Under the pieces are notes generated by a model. It saw nothing but the letters and a program-made list of their open reading frames with translations. It did no database searches and was not told where the DNA came from. A DNA stretch of 64,000 nt from Bacillota bacterium (GTDB taxonomy: Bacteria > Bacillota > Bacilli > Paenibacillales > JBEGSW01): NCBI GenBank assembly GCA_041179705.1, contig JBEGSW010000032.1, positions 6,446 through 70,445 on the forward strand, read 5' to 3'. The position numbers and the translations under genes are program-made. Positions 7,976-17,859 of this stretch are shown here, piece after piece; the first letter of the stretch is position 1; every line of letters starts with the position of its first letter.

Positions 7976-10853
7976 TTAAGGTCCCCTTTGAATCTGCATC
8001 ATAAAACCAATCATGAATGCGGCCTACCATAAATTCATCGTTCATATGCTCAATCTTTGGTCCGGGTAATGAATATAAAAAATATTTTCCATAATAGGTA
8101 TCCAAAACACGACGATCATAAACGATAACGATACCTCGGTCATTTGCAGTTCGAATAAGTCTACCAAAACCTTGTTTGAACTTCAGCACTGCTTGTGGCA
8201 ACGAATAGACCATAAATGGGTTTTTTCCTTGTGCTTTAATCAAATCACACTTCGCTTCCACAAGTGGATGATTCGGTGGTTGAAATGGAAGTCTTACAAT
8301 CGCTAAGCATGATAATGCGTCCCCAGGAATATCTACGCCTTCCCAGAAACTGCTCGTACCCAACAAGACACAGGCAGAGCTATCTACAAATAATTTAGTC
8401 AATTTACTGCGATTATTACTTTCAACGCCTTGACCGAATACTTGTATGCTTTTGGTTGAAAGCTCTTCTTTCAGACGTTCGTGGACTTGTCTCAACATTT
8501 TATTTGATGTGAATAAGACAAGCATTCGACCTTGCAAGGCAACAGCAACTCTGCTTAAAGATTCAACTAATCGTTGAACAAACTCTTCTTCACCATTCAT
8601 GCCTTTGACAATTGGGAAATCCCTCGGAATTGTCATTAGTACGTTGTTGCGGTAATCAAAAGGCGATGCAAGTTGCAACGTCATTAATCGATCATTCGAT
8701 AAACTTGTATCCAACCCTAATTGGTCAATAAAGTATTCGAATTTCTGTCCTACGGATAACGTAGCTGATGTCAGTACAACGCTATCTTTCGTTTCAAAAA
8801 TCGACTCCCTTAAAATCGCACTGACATCAATCGGTGCCATATTTAATTGCATTGACTTGCTTCGATAATTGGGACTTGCTTCAAGCCAATATACATATTG
8901 GTCCTCGGACAAGGAAATAAATTTATGAAGTTTCATTGATAAATCACGAAGTGCCATAACGCTACCGTTAGCATCCGTTAAAATCGCTTGTGTCGCATAA
9001 TCATCTATCTTCTCTTTAACATCGCGAATCACTAAATCTAAGCGATCAACAAGAGAAATACATGGATTTAACCACTCCCGCAGCTGTGAGGAAATTTCCC
9101 CCCATGCTCTAGGAGGGTTATCGGGTAGTAGACGTACAACGAATGAAGGCTCCTGTGAATTCCGTTCCATACGCTCCATCGTTACGCTATATAGTTGTTC
9201 AAACCATGATTCCCACTTTTCTTTCAGTGAAATAACTTCCCCGATTGCGTCTTGTAGGGTATCTATAACGGATGCCTCGAATAGTTCTGGATCAATACTA
9301 ACTGCACTTAAAAGATTTGGAATAATCCCTGATTTTGCGTTGCTATACAGTTCAAGCAGAGCATTTACCCCATTGTAATAATTTACACTTGTGCCCAGAT
9401 GATTGACTGCTACTTCTTCAAAATGGTGTGCTTCATCAACAATTAAATGGTTGTAGGTTGGCAATATTGGATGTTCAACCAACATGTCCGTAAACACCAT
9501 TGCATGATTTGTAATAATGACATCTGCTGCAGTAGCCTGATGTCTTGCACGATGGAAGAAACAACGTTTGAACCAAGGACATGCCCGATTTAAACATGAA
9601 TCCGAATCACTTGCTACGGATTTCCAAAAATCCCGATTACGACCAGCGAGATGCAAATCATCATCTTCACCGTTCGATGTCTCACTCAACCATACGACCA
9701 TTTGCGCAGCTGTTACAAATTCATCGCGGTTCCATTCATATTGACGACCATTTATTTTACTTTCAAATTTTCTTAAACATAAATAATGGCTGCGCCCTTT
9801 CAGGATTGCCGATTTAAATGGCACCGGAAACAACTGCTCAAGTAACGGAACATCGCGTTGTCGTAATTGTTCTTGTAGGTTAATGGTATGTGTAGTTACA
9901 ACAACCTTTTGCTTGTTTTTTGCACTTGAAAATACCGCTGGCAATAAATACGCCAATGATTTTCCTGTACCGGTTCCCGCTTCTACAAGTAAATGACGAT
10001 CCTCTTCTAAAGCTTTCGCAACAGCATCCATCATCTCAAACTGAGCTGTTCGTTCTTCATAGGCATCAAAGGTGGTTGCTATTCGTTGTCTTAATTCTGG
10101 TAGTAGTTGCTTAAACTGATCAGGCAAAGCATCCGCACGTTGATCGAAATCAATTGGTGTATCGTTCCCCCACTCATTGATCGCTAAGTTAAAGCCTCGG
10201 AAAGATTTTTTTGTGATTTCCGTCTCTACTTCAAGTGCAAGTTGCTCCCGTTCTAGACAAATCACGTTTAACCAATCAGAAAGATCAGCTATCATCGGAA
10301 CAGCATTTGGATCTAAAATTTCGACAACTCTTCGCAGCGTCAGCAGCGATGTCTGTTTAATTCGTTCTAGACAATGAATAAGGATTAACGCTGTCGTCTC
10401 TGCATCACTATCTGCTTGGTGTGGACGATAATGTGGAATTTCTAAACTGTTCGCTAACATCGATAATTGAAGACTCGGTATTTCAGGATAAAAAATGCGT
10501 ACGATGTCCATCGTGTCCAGAACTGGTCCTTGAAATGATTCGTAGCCACATTCTTCTAACATTCTTTGTAAAAACCCAACATCAAAAGCAGCATGGTGCG
10601 CGACCAAAATTCGACCATCTAAAAGTGGTAACATTTCAACGATTACTTCATCGATTGTTGGTGCATGTTTGACATCATTTTCTGAAATTCCTGTTAATTC
10701 GGTAATGAATCTTGGAATTGGTATTTCAGGTTGTACATAACTAGCATATGTATAAGACAGTTGCCCATTATCAATAAGGGAAAGGCCTACTTGGATGATG
10801 CGATCATGCGGACCGTGTCCGGTCGTTTCGAAATCTAGAACGGCATATTTCAT
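7962..10853 (-). CDS. dinG: DinG-type 3'-5' exonuclease / ATP-dependent helicase
   Basis: N-terminal DnaQ-like exonuclease (VLDFETTG..), Walker A AGTGTGKS, DEAH box and a C-terminal helicase domain. The start is uncertain (10853 or 10898). The ATG at 10961 lies inside the panD terminator. Confidence 0.85.
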   Translation of the reverse strand: MKYAVLDFETTGHGPHDRIIQVGLSLIDNGQLSYTYASYVQPEIPIPRFITELTGISENDVKHAPTIDEVIVEMLPLLDGRILVAHHAAFDVGFLQRMLEECGYESFQGPVLDTMDIVRIFYPEIPSLQLSMLANSLEIPHYRPHQADSDAETTALILIHCLERIKQTSLLTLRRVVEILDPNAVPMIADLSDWLNVICLEREQLALEVETEITKKSFRGFNLAINEWGNDTPIDFDQRADALPDQFKQLLPELRQRIATTFDAYEERTAQFEMMDAVAKALEEDRHLLVEAGTGTGKSLAYLLPAVFSSAKNKQKVVVTTHTINLQEQLRQRDVPLLEQLFPVPFKSAILKGRSHYLCLRKFESKINGRQYEWNRDEFVTAAQMVVWLSETSNGEDDDLHLAGRNRDFWKSVASDSDSCLNRACPWFKRCFFHRARHQATAADVIITNHAMVFTDMLVEHPILPTYNHLIVDEAHHFEEVAVNHLGTSVNYYNGVNALLELYSNAKSGIIPNLLSAVSIDPELFEASVIDTLQDAIGEVISLKEKWESWFEQLYSVTMERMERNSQEPSFVVRLLPDNPPRAWGEISSQLREWLNPCISLVDRLDLVIRDVKEKIDDYATQAILTDANGSVMALRDLSMKLHKFISLSEDQYVYWLEASPNYRSKSMQLNMAPIDVSAILRESIFETKDSVVLTSATLSVGQKFEYFIDQLGLDTSLSNDRLMTLQLASPFDYRNNVLMTIPRDFPIVKGMNGEEEFVQRLVESLSRVAVALQGRMLVLFTSNKMLRQVHERLKEELSTKSIQVFGQGVESNNRSKLTKLFVDSSACVLLGTSSFWEGVDIPGDALSCLAIVRLPFQPPNHPLVEAKCDLIKAQGKNPFMVYSLPQAVLKFKQGFGRLIRTANDRGIVIVYDRRVLDTYYGKYFLYSLPGPKIEHMNDEFMVGRIHDWFYDADSKGTLNENI

Positions 10854-10916
10854 AGTCCTGACAGGTTCATTCCCCTCGATTTTTTCTTGTTCTAGCATAC
10901 CAAAAATCTCATGTGA

Positions 10917-10965
10917 AAGAAAACACAAAAGCCTTGGTTTCTGTGAATAACAGATTTCCAAGGCT
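10917..10965 (-). terminator. Terminator downstream of panD
   Basis: Minus-strand hairpin AAGCCUUGG..(inner UCUGU/ACAGA)..CCAAGGCUU followed by UUUGUGUUUUC. Confidence 0.65.
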
Positions 10966-10985
10966 TTATATTAAATTCTTATTTA

Positions 10986-11369
10986 TTAAATAATCGTAGA
11001 ATGAATCTCTTCGTCCCAGACTGTAATAATTTGATTAGCTGAATCCATAATCGCAACCTTAGGTTTGTGCGACTTCGCTTCTTCATTCGTCATCGTGCCA
11101 TAGCAGATGATAATAACTAAATCACCCGGCTGAGCAAGTCGAGCTGCTGCACCATTAATACAAATAACGCCACTTCCACGTTCACCAGGAATCACATATG
11201 TCTCAAAGCGAGCACCATTATTATTGTTGACGATTTGAACTTTTTCATTCACCAAAATATCTACATGGTCCATAATATCTTCATCGATCGTAATACTTCC
11301 CACGTAGTTTAAATTCGCCTCAGTCACAACTGCGCGATGAATTTTTGATTTCATCATTGTACGAAACAT
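10986..11369 (-). CDS. panD: Aspartate 1-decarboxylase
   Basis: [28 protein letters not shown] is a canonical PanD N-terminus that includes the self-processing GS site. AAGGAGG serves as RBS. Confidence 0.95.
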   Translation of the reverse strand: MFRTMMKSKIHRAVVTEANLNYVGSITIDEDIMDHVDILVNEKVQIVNNNNGARFETYVIPGERGSGVICINGAAARLAQPGDLVIIICYGTMTNEEAKSHKPKVAIMDSANQIITVWDEEIHSTII

Positions 11370-11370
11370 C

Positions 11371-12261
11371 TTATTCGCCTCCTTCAAAAGTAAGTAATAT
11401 GTTATCAATTAAACGAGTCTTTCCGTAATATACAGCAACTGCAAATAATAATCTCGACTTATTGTCTTTTAGTTGTTGAATCGTTGTTGCACCTTTTACG
11501 TCTTCAAAATTCGGATAGGTTAAAAGTTGAACGTAATCGATTCTTGCTATGGAATGTTCTAAAATATAAGTTTGAACATCCTGTATGAGTGCTTCAACCG
11601 TTAAGTCACTAATTTCATCAATATGACGTCTGACAATGGATAGCGATTGATTAATTGCTAACGCTTGTCTACGTTCTTCATCGTTCAAATACACATTTCG
11701 CGAGCTCATCGCTAATCCATCTTTCTCACGAATAATTGGACATGGAACAATTTGAACTGGTAGTAGGTAATCCTCAACCATTTTTTCAATTACAGCGACT
11801 TGTTGCGCATCTTTTAAACCAAAATAAGCACGAGTGGGTGCTACAATTTCAAATAAGCGCTTTACGACAGTAGCTACACCCTCAAAATGTCCTGGACGTG
11901 ATGCACCACATAATTTCGTCGAAATCGAACCAACCTCTACATTCATCTGAGGCTCAGTTGGATATATTTCATCTACAGAGGGTAAAAATACATAATCAAC
12001 GAATGCTGTTCTTGCAACATGTAAGTCATGATCTTCATCACGCGGATATCGGTCGAAATCTTCATTTGGACCGAACTGTAGCGGATTAACGAAGATACTC
12101 AGGACGACAACGTCATTTTCATGTTTCGCTTTATCTAAAAGACTAATGTGTCCTTGATGCAAGAACCCCATTGTCGGGACAAAGCCAATTGTCAAACCTT
12201 GGATGCGTCTTGTGTTGAGTTCCAATTGTAATTCTTCTACGGTACGAATTACTTTCATCAT
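11371..12261 (-). CDS. panC: Pantoate-beta-alanine ligase
   Basis: Motifs ..[11 protein letters not shown].. (HIGH-like) and a PanC fold. ATGA overlap with the panB stop. Confidence 0.95.
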   Translation of the reverse strand: MMKVIRTVEELQLELNTRRIQGLTIGFVPTMGFLHQGHISLLDKAKHENDVVVLSIFVNPLQFGPNEDFDRYPRDEDHDLHVARTAFVDYVFLPSVDEIYPTEPQMNVEVGSISTKLCGASRPGHFEGVATVVKRLFEIVAPTRAYFGLKDAQQVAVIEKMVEDYLLPVQIVPCPIIREKDGLAMSSRNVYLNDEERRQALAINQSLSIVRRHIDEISDLTVEALIQDVQTYILEHSIARIDYVQLLTYPNFEDVKGATTIQQLKDNKSRLLFAVAVYYGKTRLIDNILLTFEGGE

Positions 12262-13121
12262 TCCATATCCCCCAGCTTCGACTTTACATCCTTAATCACG
12301 TTCGAATCCATATGATACACATGTTCTTCCCCTGGGAATGCACGTGTCTTAACTTCATTCACATATTGTTGAATCCCCTCAACTACTTGCTCACCAATAT
12401 TGGCATATGTCTTAACAAATTTAGGAGCAATTGGAGATGCATATTGGAGAAGATCGTGATAAACAAGCACTTGACCATCACACCCTCTGCCCGCACCAAT
12501 CCCAATCGTTGGAATTGACACCTTTTCTGTAATTAACAAAGCTAATTCTTCAGGCACCATTTCGAGCACGATTGCAAACGCACCAGCCTTTTCAAGTGCA
12601 ATCGCATCCTCTATCAACGTTAATGCTTGTTCAGGCTGTCTCCCCTGAATCTTATACCCACCTAATTGATTAACAGCTTGTGGCGTAAGACCAATATGCC
12701 CCATTACCGGGATTCCAGCTTGTACACATGCTGAGACGGATTCACAGATGGCTTTGCCACCCTCCATCTTGATCGCTTTACTATGTCCTTCTTGCATGAC
12801 ACGCGCTGCATTTCTCAGCGTTGTATCTATGCTTCCGTGGTACGTTAAAAATGGCATATCCGTTAATACAAAACTACGAGGAGCACCTCGAACAGCTGCT
12901 TTCGTATGGTGAATCATATCATCAAGTGTTACAGGAATCGTCGAATCATATCCAAGAATAACCATGCCTAAAGAGTCGCCAACAAAGATAATATCTGCGC
13001 CTGCCTGTTCTGCTAATCGCGCAGATGGGTAATCATAAGCTGTAACCATCGCAATCGGTTGTTGATCGCGTTTCATTTGCTTTAGTTCACCTGTACCTAG
13101 TATTTTACGATACTCCAACAC
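12258..13121 (-). CDS. panB: 3-methyl-2-oxobutanoate hydroxymethyltransferase
   Basis: ..MVTAYDYPSA..GDSLGMV.. motifs. The likely start is GTG 13121 or TTG 13118 after GGAGGTG. The ATG at 13133 and the ORF-track start at 13160 lack an RBS, and 13160 runs into the terminator. Confidence 0.9.
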   Translation of the reverse strand: MLEYRKILGTGELKQMKRDQQPIAMVTAYDYPSARLAEQAGADIIFVGDSLGMVILGYDSTIPVTLDDMIHHTKAAVRGAPRSFVLTDMPFLTYHGSIDTTLRNAARVMQEGHSKAIKMEGGKAICESVSACVQAGIPVMGHIGLTPQAVNQLGGYKIQGRQPEQALTLIEDAIALEKAGAFAIVLEMVPEELALLITEKVSIPTIGIGAGRGCDGQVLVYHDLLQYASPIAPKFVKTYANIGEQVVEGIQQYVNEVKTRAFPGEEHVYHMDSNVIKDVKSKLGDME

Positions 13122-13143
13122 GGTCACCTCCATAAATAAACAT

Positions 13144-13177
13144 AAAAAAGCCTTGATCAAAATAGACAGATCAAGGC
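13144..13177 (-). terminator. Intrinsic terminator immediately upstream of the panB RBS (birA terminator and/or panBCD attenuator)
   Basis: Minus-strand stem GCCUUGAUC, a 10-nt loop, GAUCAAGGC, then UUUUUU. The U tract ends about 11 nt before ATG 13133. Confidence 0.75.
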
Positions 13178-13288
13178 ATTCGGGTAGCGTTAATTAGCGC
13201 GAATGTCCTTCTGTCTCGGTCCAAATGGCTCAGAGCAGAATCCAACATTACTTCAATAATACAATTATAACATGATTCAATTCAAAGT
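13178..13288 (-). promoter_or_regulatory. Candidate structured panB leader (pan-motif-like hairpins with bulged A)
   Basis: Hairpin UUCUG-CUC..GCC-AUUU-GG(A)C..GAG(A)CAGAA and a second hairpin CAUUC-GCG..CGC..GAAUG. This sits where the pan RNA motif is described for Firmicutes. No covariance-model check was done. Confidence 0.3.
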
Positions 13289-14260
13289 CTACCTGTCCGT
13301 ATCTCCAGAGTAACAGCGAATCAGATCACCATTTGATTGTCGGAGCAGTAAGGCTCCTTGTTCATCTATTCCAACTGCATATCCTTCTAAGGTTTGATTC
13401 AATTGTTGGACACGCACATGTTGATTTAATGTAACACTCATTTGTTCCCACAGTTTTTGTATCGGTGAAAAGCCGTTTAAAAGATAAGTATCATATAATG
13501 CCTCATATTCATTGATAAAACTTGCAAGTATATCCTCACGAGAAAATACGTGGTTTTTGGTAGCAATACGCAAGGAAGTTGCAATCGGATGAAGTGCAAC
13601 AGGGAAATCATCTTGTGTTAAGTTAACACTTATTCCAATTCCAGCTATAACAAACTGAATACGATCATCCTCTGCCATCGACTCAAGTAATATCCCACTT
13701 ATTTTTTTACCATCAATTAACAAATCATTCGGCCATTTGATTCCTATTTTTAGTCCCGTTTCGGCGCGTAGACTTTTACACAGCGCAACTGCTGTTAACA
13801 AGGTTAATTGTGAGATTGCTCTCAAAGGAACAGTTGGTTGTAATAGAACAGAGAACCATAAACCTTTTCCTGCTGGGGAATGCCAGCTTCGGCCTAGTCT
13901 ACCTCTCCCTAAAGTTTGTGATTCAGCAATAACAAGACGCCCTTCTTTTGCACCATTTGTGATTAAAGTGCGCATCAAATCTTGTGTGGAAGTTGTCTCA
14001 TCTACGTATGTTTGACTCTTGCCTAATCGAACCGTTCGCAATTTCGTAGCAAACTTCACCATGTCGAAACGATCGGGTACCCCAATTAGTTTGTAACCTA
14101 ATCGAGGAACTGCTTCAAATAAGTACCCATCCTTCGTTAATTTCTGAATTTTTTTCCAGATTGCTGTTCGACTGCAAGACAATGCGATGCTTAATTGTTC
14201 ACCTGAAACAAACTTGTCTTGATTTTTCTCGAAAATTGCTAACAATGGATCATTATTCAC
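13289..14260 (-). CDS. birA: Bifunctional biotin-[acetyl-CoA-carboxylase] ligase / biotin operon repressor
   Basis: N-terminal wHTH (..SGEQLS..L.CSRTAIWK.I..L), then GRGRLGR..W and a C-terminal SH3-like domain. GTG start at 14260 after AAGGAG. Overlaps the cca stop by 8 nt. Confidence 0.9.
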   Translation of the reverse strand: MNNDPLLAIFEKNQDKFVSGEQLSIALSCSRTAIWKKIQKLTKDGYLFEAVPRLGYKLIGVPDRFDMVKFATKLRTVRLGKSQTYVDETTSTQDLMRTLITNGAKEGRLVIAESQTLGRGRLGRSWHSPAGKGLWFSVLLQPTVPLRAISQLTLLTAVALCKSLRAETGLKIGIKWPNDLLIDGKKISGILLESMAEDDRIQFVIAGIGISVNLTQDDFPVALHPIATSLRIATKNHVFSREDILASFINEYEALYDTYLLNGFSPIQKLWEQMSVTLNQHVRVQQLNQTLEGYAVGIDEQGALLLRQSNGDLIRCYSGDTDR

Positions 14261-15491
14261 TTTCCTTCTCCTTCCAATGTCTAGCCCATACAAGAAGTGA
14301 TTCATACTCGTTTGGTAATTGCTTGCGTGCAACTTGTTTCAGCATCTCTTGAAGGGTCAGACCAAGCTCACGACCGGGTTTAATGCCAGATTTGATTAGA
14401 TCTTTACCACTTACTTTCAGATCAGACAATGAATAGGCTGGCATTTCTTCAATCCATCGCTTCACATCGCTAAATAGTTGGTTTCTAACGTCCGACGAGT
14501 CGTTCGTTAAATCAATATATTTCAAAGCGATTTCTCTAGAAAACTTTATTGTAGCATCTATGATTAGATCCGGTGAGAGTAGTTCAGAATTTACGAATTG
14601 TCCAAATTTAAGTAGAGCTACTATTTCATCTGAGAAGCGATTTGATGCTTTAAGTTTTCGCAAAAATAACTCCGCAGATTTATAATCATAGTTCAGACTT
14701 TCAAATAGCAATGCCCACCTTAATCGATCATCCACGATCTGTTCAAACTGTTTGTCATCCAACAATTCTAGTTGGTACTTCCAGAATGAGACATCTACTT
14801 GCAGTTGTGATTTAAAATGCGTAATCAATCCACTTGATAGCAATAATTTCAATCCAGATATTGGGCGATTCGAAGAAATAATCTTCATTACTTCATTTCC
14901 GACTCGTTCCATAGCAATATGTTCAATTAAATGCGAATAATCGTGTAACGCTGACCAGGTGTTCTCCTCGATAGCGAAACCAAGTTGGGCGGAGAAACGT
15001 ATACAACGTAACATACGCAATGCATCTTCTTTAAATCTGAGTGTAGGATTTCCTACACATCTCAAGACACGGTTCTCTAAATCTGCTTGTCCGCCAAATG
15101 GATCAATTAAATTAAAATCCAAATCAAATGCCATCGCATTAATTGTAAAATCACGCCGTGCTAAATCTTCTTTTAAATCTGCAACAAAGTGAACTTTACT
15201 TGGTCTTCTGAAATCTTCATAATTCCCATCTGTTCGGAACGTTGTAACTTCGAAAGTGTGTGATTCAGTAACAACCACAACTGTCCCATGCTGAAGTCCT
15301 GTTGGGATACATCGCTCGAATATAGCCATCACTTGCTCCGGTAAAGCACGCGTCGTTATATCCATATCAATAATTGGTCTACCTATTAATTGATCGCGAA
15401 CACACCCGCCAACAAAAAAAGCAGGAAACCCGTTAGATATGAGGGTTTCCACTATCAAACGTGCTTCTTGCTCCATTGTATTTGTAGTCAT
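14253..15491 (-). CDS. cca: CCA-adding tRNA nucleotidyltransferase
   Basis: Motif ..FFVGGCVRD..DMD..T.. of the class II nucleotidyltransferase head. The length and synteny match B. subtilis cca. Confidence 0.9.
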   Translation of the reverse strand: MTTNTMEQEARLIVETLISNGFPAFFVGGCVRDQLIGRPIIDMDITTRALPEQVMAIFERCIPTGLQHGTVVVVTESHTFEVTTFRTDGNYEDFRRPSKVHFVADLKEDLARRDFTINAMAFDLDFNLIDPFGGQADLENRVLRCVGNPTLRFKEDALRMLRCIRFSAQLGFAIEENTWSALHDYSHLIEHIAMERVGNEVMKIISSNRPISGLKLLLSSGLITHFKSQLQVDVSFWKYQLELLDDKQFEQIVDDRLRWALLFESLNYDYKSAELFLRKLKASNRFSDEIVALLKFGQFVNSELLSPDLIIDATIKFSREIALKYIDLTNDSSDVRNQLFSDVKRWIEEMPAYSLSDLKVSGKDLIKSGIKPGRELGLTLQEMLKQVARKQLPNEYESLLVWARHWKEKESE

Positions 15492-15525
15492 TATCAATTT
15501 ACCTCACCATAGGCAATTTTCGAAC

Positions 15526-16677
15526 TCAGCTGTGTAACATGGACGATTTTTTATTTAATACACGATAGTAGATTTCTTCGTATTGTTCCATAGTAACATT
15601 ATTACAAAAATCCTCGCGTGCTCGAATTAAACAATTTTCTTTAAATTGTTCAATTAAAATAGGATTTGACAAGTACTGAATGCCGTAATTCGCCATTGAT
15701 TCAACATCACCAATTTCTGCCAAATAACCTGTACGTTCATGCAGAATAACTTCTGGAATCCCACCTGCTCGGCTAGCAATTGTAGGAACTCCGCACGCCA
15801 TTGCCTCAAGTGCAACAAGTCCAAAGCTCTCTTTCTCAGACGGTAAAAGCATGACGTCTGCTAATGAAATCACGAGAGAAACTTCTTCTTGTTTACCTAA
15901 AAATACCACCCTATCCATCAAATCTAACTCTTGAACAAGACTACGTACCTTAGGTAAGTCTGGCCCTTCACCTACGAGTAATAATTTGGATGGAATTTGT
16001 TTTTGAATACGGTAAAAGATCTGAACGACATCTTGAAGTCGCTTAACAGGTCGGAAATTGGAAATATGCATTAAAATTTTCTCGTGCGGCAATGCGTAAT
16101 TCAATCTTAATTGCGCATCTGGACGCGGATAATATTCCCTCTTGTCAACGAAATTGTATACAAGATCAATTGGTTTATGAATATTAAGAAGACGATTTGT
16201 CTCATTAATTAAATCTTGAGAAACAGCTGTGACCGCATCGCTCTGGTGAATTCCTAGTCGTATCAAATCATGAAGTGATGCTTCTTGACCCAAAATCGTT
16301 ATATCTGTTCCATGCAGAGTTGTAACTACTTTAAGTTGATCACCAACCATTTGTTTCGCTAAAAATGCACAAATTGCATGCGGTAATGCATAATGCACAT
16401 GTAGGATGTCCAATTTTTTCATTTTTGCTACTTGCGCCATCTTACTTGCAAGTGAGAGATCGTAAGGTGGATATCGAAATACATGATAATCACTTACTTC
16501 AACTTCGTGATAATACACATTTTTATGAAACTTTCCTAGGCGAAATGGCAAACCATGCGTAATAAAATGCACTTCATGCCCGCGTTCAGCAAGTAATTTC
16601 CCAAGTTCAGTGGCGACTACGCCCGAACCACCAAGTGTCGGATAACAAGTGATGCCAATCTTTAATAATTCACCCAT
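15526..16677 (-). CDS. bshA: N-acetyl-alpha-D-glucosaminyl L-malate synthase (bacillithiol biosynthesis glycosyltransferase)
   Basis: ..KIGITCYPTLGGSGVVATELGK.. is nearly identical in pattern to the B. subtilis BshA N-terminus. GT4 fold, and synteny with bshB1 and mgsA. Confidence 0.85.
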   Translation of the reverse strand: MGELLKIGITCYPTLGGSGVVATELGKLLAERGHEVHFITHGLPFRLGKFHKNVYYHEVEVSDYHVFRYPPYDLSLASKMAQVAKMKKLDILHVHYALPHAICAFLAKQMVGDQLKVVTTLHGTDITILGQEASLHDLIRLGIHQSDAVTAVSQDLINETNRLLNIHKPIDLVYNFVDKREYYPRPDAQLRLNYALPHEKILMHISNFRPVKRLQDVVQIFYRIQKQIPSKLLLVGEGPDLPKVRSLVQELDLMDRVVFLGKQEEVSLVISLADVMLLPSEKESFGLVALEAMACGVPTIASRAGGIPEVILHERTGYLAEIGDVESMANYGIQYLSNPILIEQFKENCLIRAREDFCNNVTMEQYEEIYYRVLNKKSSMLHS

Positions 16678-16706
16678 CTCAAATTCCCTTCTAGTGACCA
16701 TATTTA

Positions 16707-17411
16707 TTAGACAAAACGTTCTACTTGAATGGGTTGTGCTGCAATAAAGCCCTCTGCAAATTTGAGTTGTTGCGATTGACCAAGTAGACGATCCCTTAAT
16801 GTAACTCGCTCGATATAATCATGATTTAAAGGTGTTGATACGAATTCATTATCGCTAGCAGGTGTTGTAAATTGTGACTTATAAGCCATCAGTGCAGCTT
16901 GCTTGGTTGCTTGGAATTCACTAATATCAACGATAAAGTCAGATTTATTAATATCATTAATGAAGTAATAGTAAAGATTTTTCACTTGCCAAGCGATTGA
17001 ATCTGGTAGTACTTTTCGTAACTTCGCATTAAATACCGCTTCTTTTGCCATTGCACCGCAGGCTTCGTGATCTGGATGACGATCTTTTATAAACGGAGCG
17101 AAAACAACCTCCGGCTTGGTACGACGTATTTCTTCAACCATGCGTTCCACTTGCATCTGATTCGTAGATGAAATACCACGATCAGGTAAGTATAAATTGC
17201 TTCTATACTGTATGCCAAGGACAGAAGATGCCATCTCAGCCTCAATCATTCTAGATTCAGGCGTCCCATTCGATGAAAATTCTGCTTGTGTTAAATCACA
17301 GATGCCAACTTTATATCCGAGTGCAATTTGTTTCGCAATCGTCCCACCCATCCCAATTTCGGCATCATCTGGATGTGCTGCGAAAATGAGTATATCTAAT
17401 TTATTATCCAT
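16707..17411 (-). CDS. bshB1: N-acetyl-alpha-D-glucosaminyl L-malate deacetylase (LmbE family)
   Basis: AHPDDAEIG LmbE motif, and synteny mgsA-bshB1-bshA. Confidence 0.85.
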   Translation of the reverse strand: MDNKLDILIFAAHPDDAEIGMGGTIAKQIALGYKVGICDLTQAEFSSNGTPESRMIEAEMASSVLGIQYRSNLYLPDRGISSTNQMQVERMVEEIRRTKPEVVFAPFIKDRHPDHEACGAMAKEAVFNAKLRKVLPDSIAWQVKNLYYYFINDINKSDFIVDISEFQATKQAALMAYKSQFTTPASDNEFVSTPLNHDYIERVTLRDRLLGQSQQLKFAEGFIAAQPIQVERFV

Positions 17412-17415
17412 TGCG

Positions 17416-17829
17416 TTATTTCACCTCTGCATTTGCATGAACAACATCACGCCATGCGAAGTCTCCTCGATCGAGTGCTTTAATCATTATCTCAGCAGCA
17501 GCCAGATTAGTTGCCACAGGAATGCCGTGTACATCACTTAAACGCAACAAAGCAATGATATCAGGTTCGTGTGGTTGAGCCATCAATGGATCACGTAAAA
17601 AGATAATTAGATCAATTTCATTCGTTGCAACCAATGCACCGATTTGTTGGTCGCCACCAAGTGGTCCTGACAAGTAGCGGTGGATATTTAATTTCGTATG
17701 CTGCATGATACGCTTTCCAGTTGTACCTGTAGAACACAATGTATGTTTCTCTAATACATATTCATAGGCAATTGCAAAGTCAACCATATCATCTTTTTTA
17801 CGATCGTGAGCGATAAGTGCTACTTTCAT
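17416..17829 (-). CDS. mgsA: Methylglyoxal synthase
   Basis: ..[15 protein letters not shown].. are canonical MgsA motifs. The protein is 137 aa. Confidence 0.95.
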   Translation of the reverse strand: MKVALIAHDRKKDDMVDFAIAYEYVLEKHTLCSTGTTGKRIMQHTKLNIHRYLSGPLGGDQQIGALVATNEIDLIIFLRDPLMAQPHEPDIIALLRLSDVHGIPVATNLAAAEIMIKALDRGDFAWRDVVHANAEVK

Positions 17830-17859
17830 CTTATTCCCTCCATCTATACTATGCTTACG

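Noticed and set aside
10854-10961. The ORF track gives dinG a longer N-terminus, starting at 10961.
   Set aside because: The extra codons run through the panD terminator hairpin (10917-10965). The conserved exonuclease N-terminus (MKYAVLDFETTG) begins at 10853.
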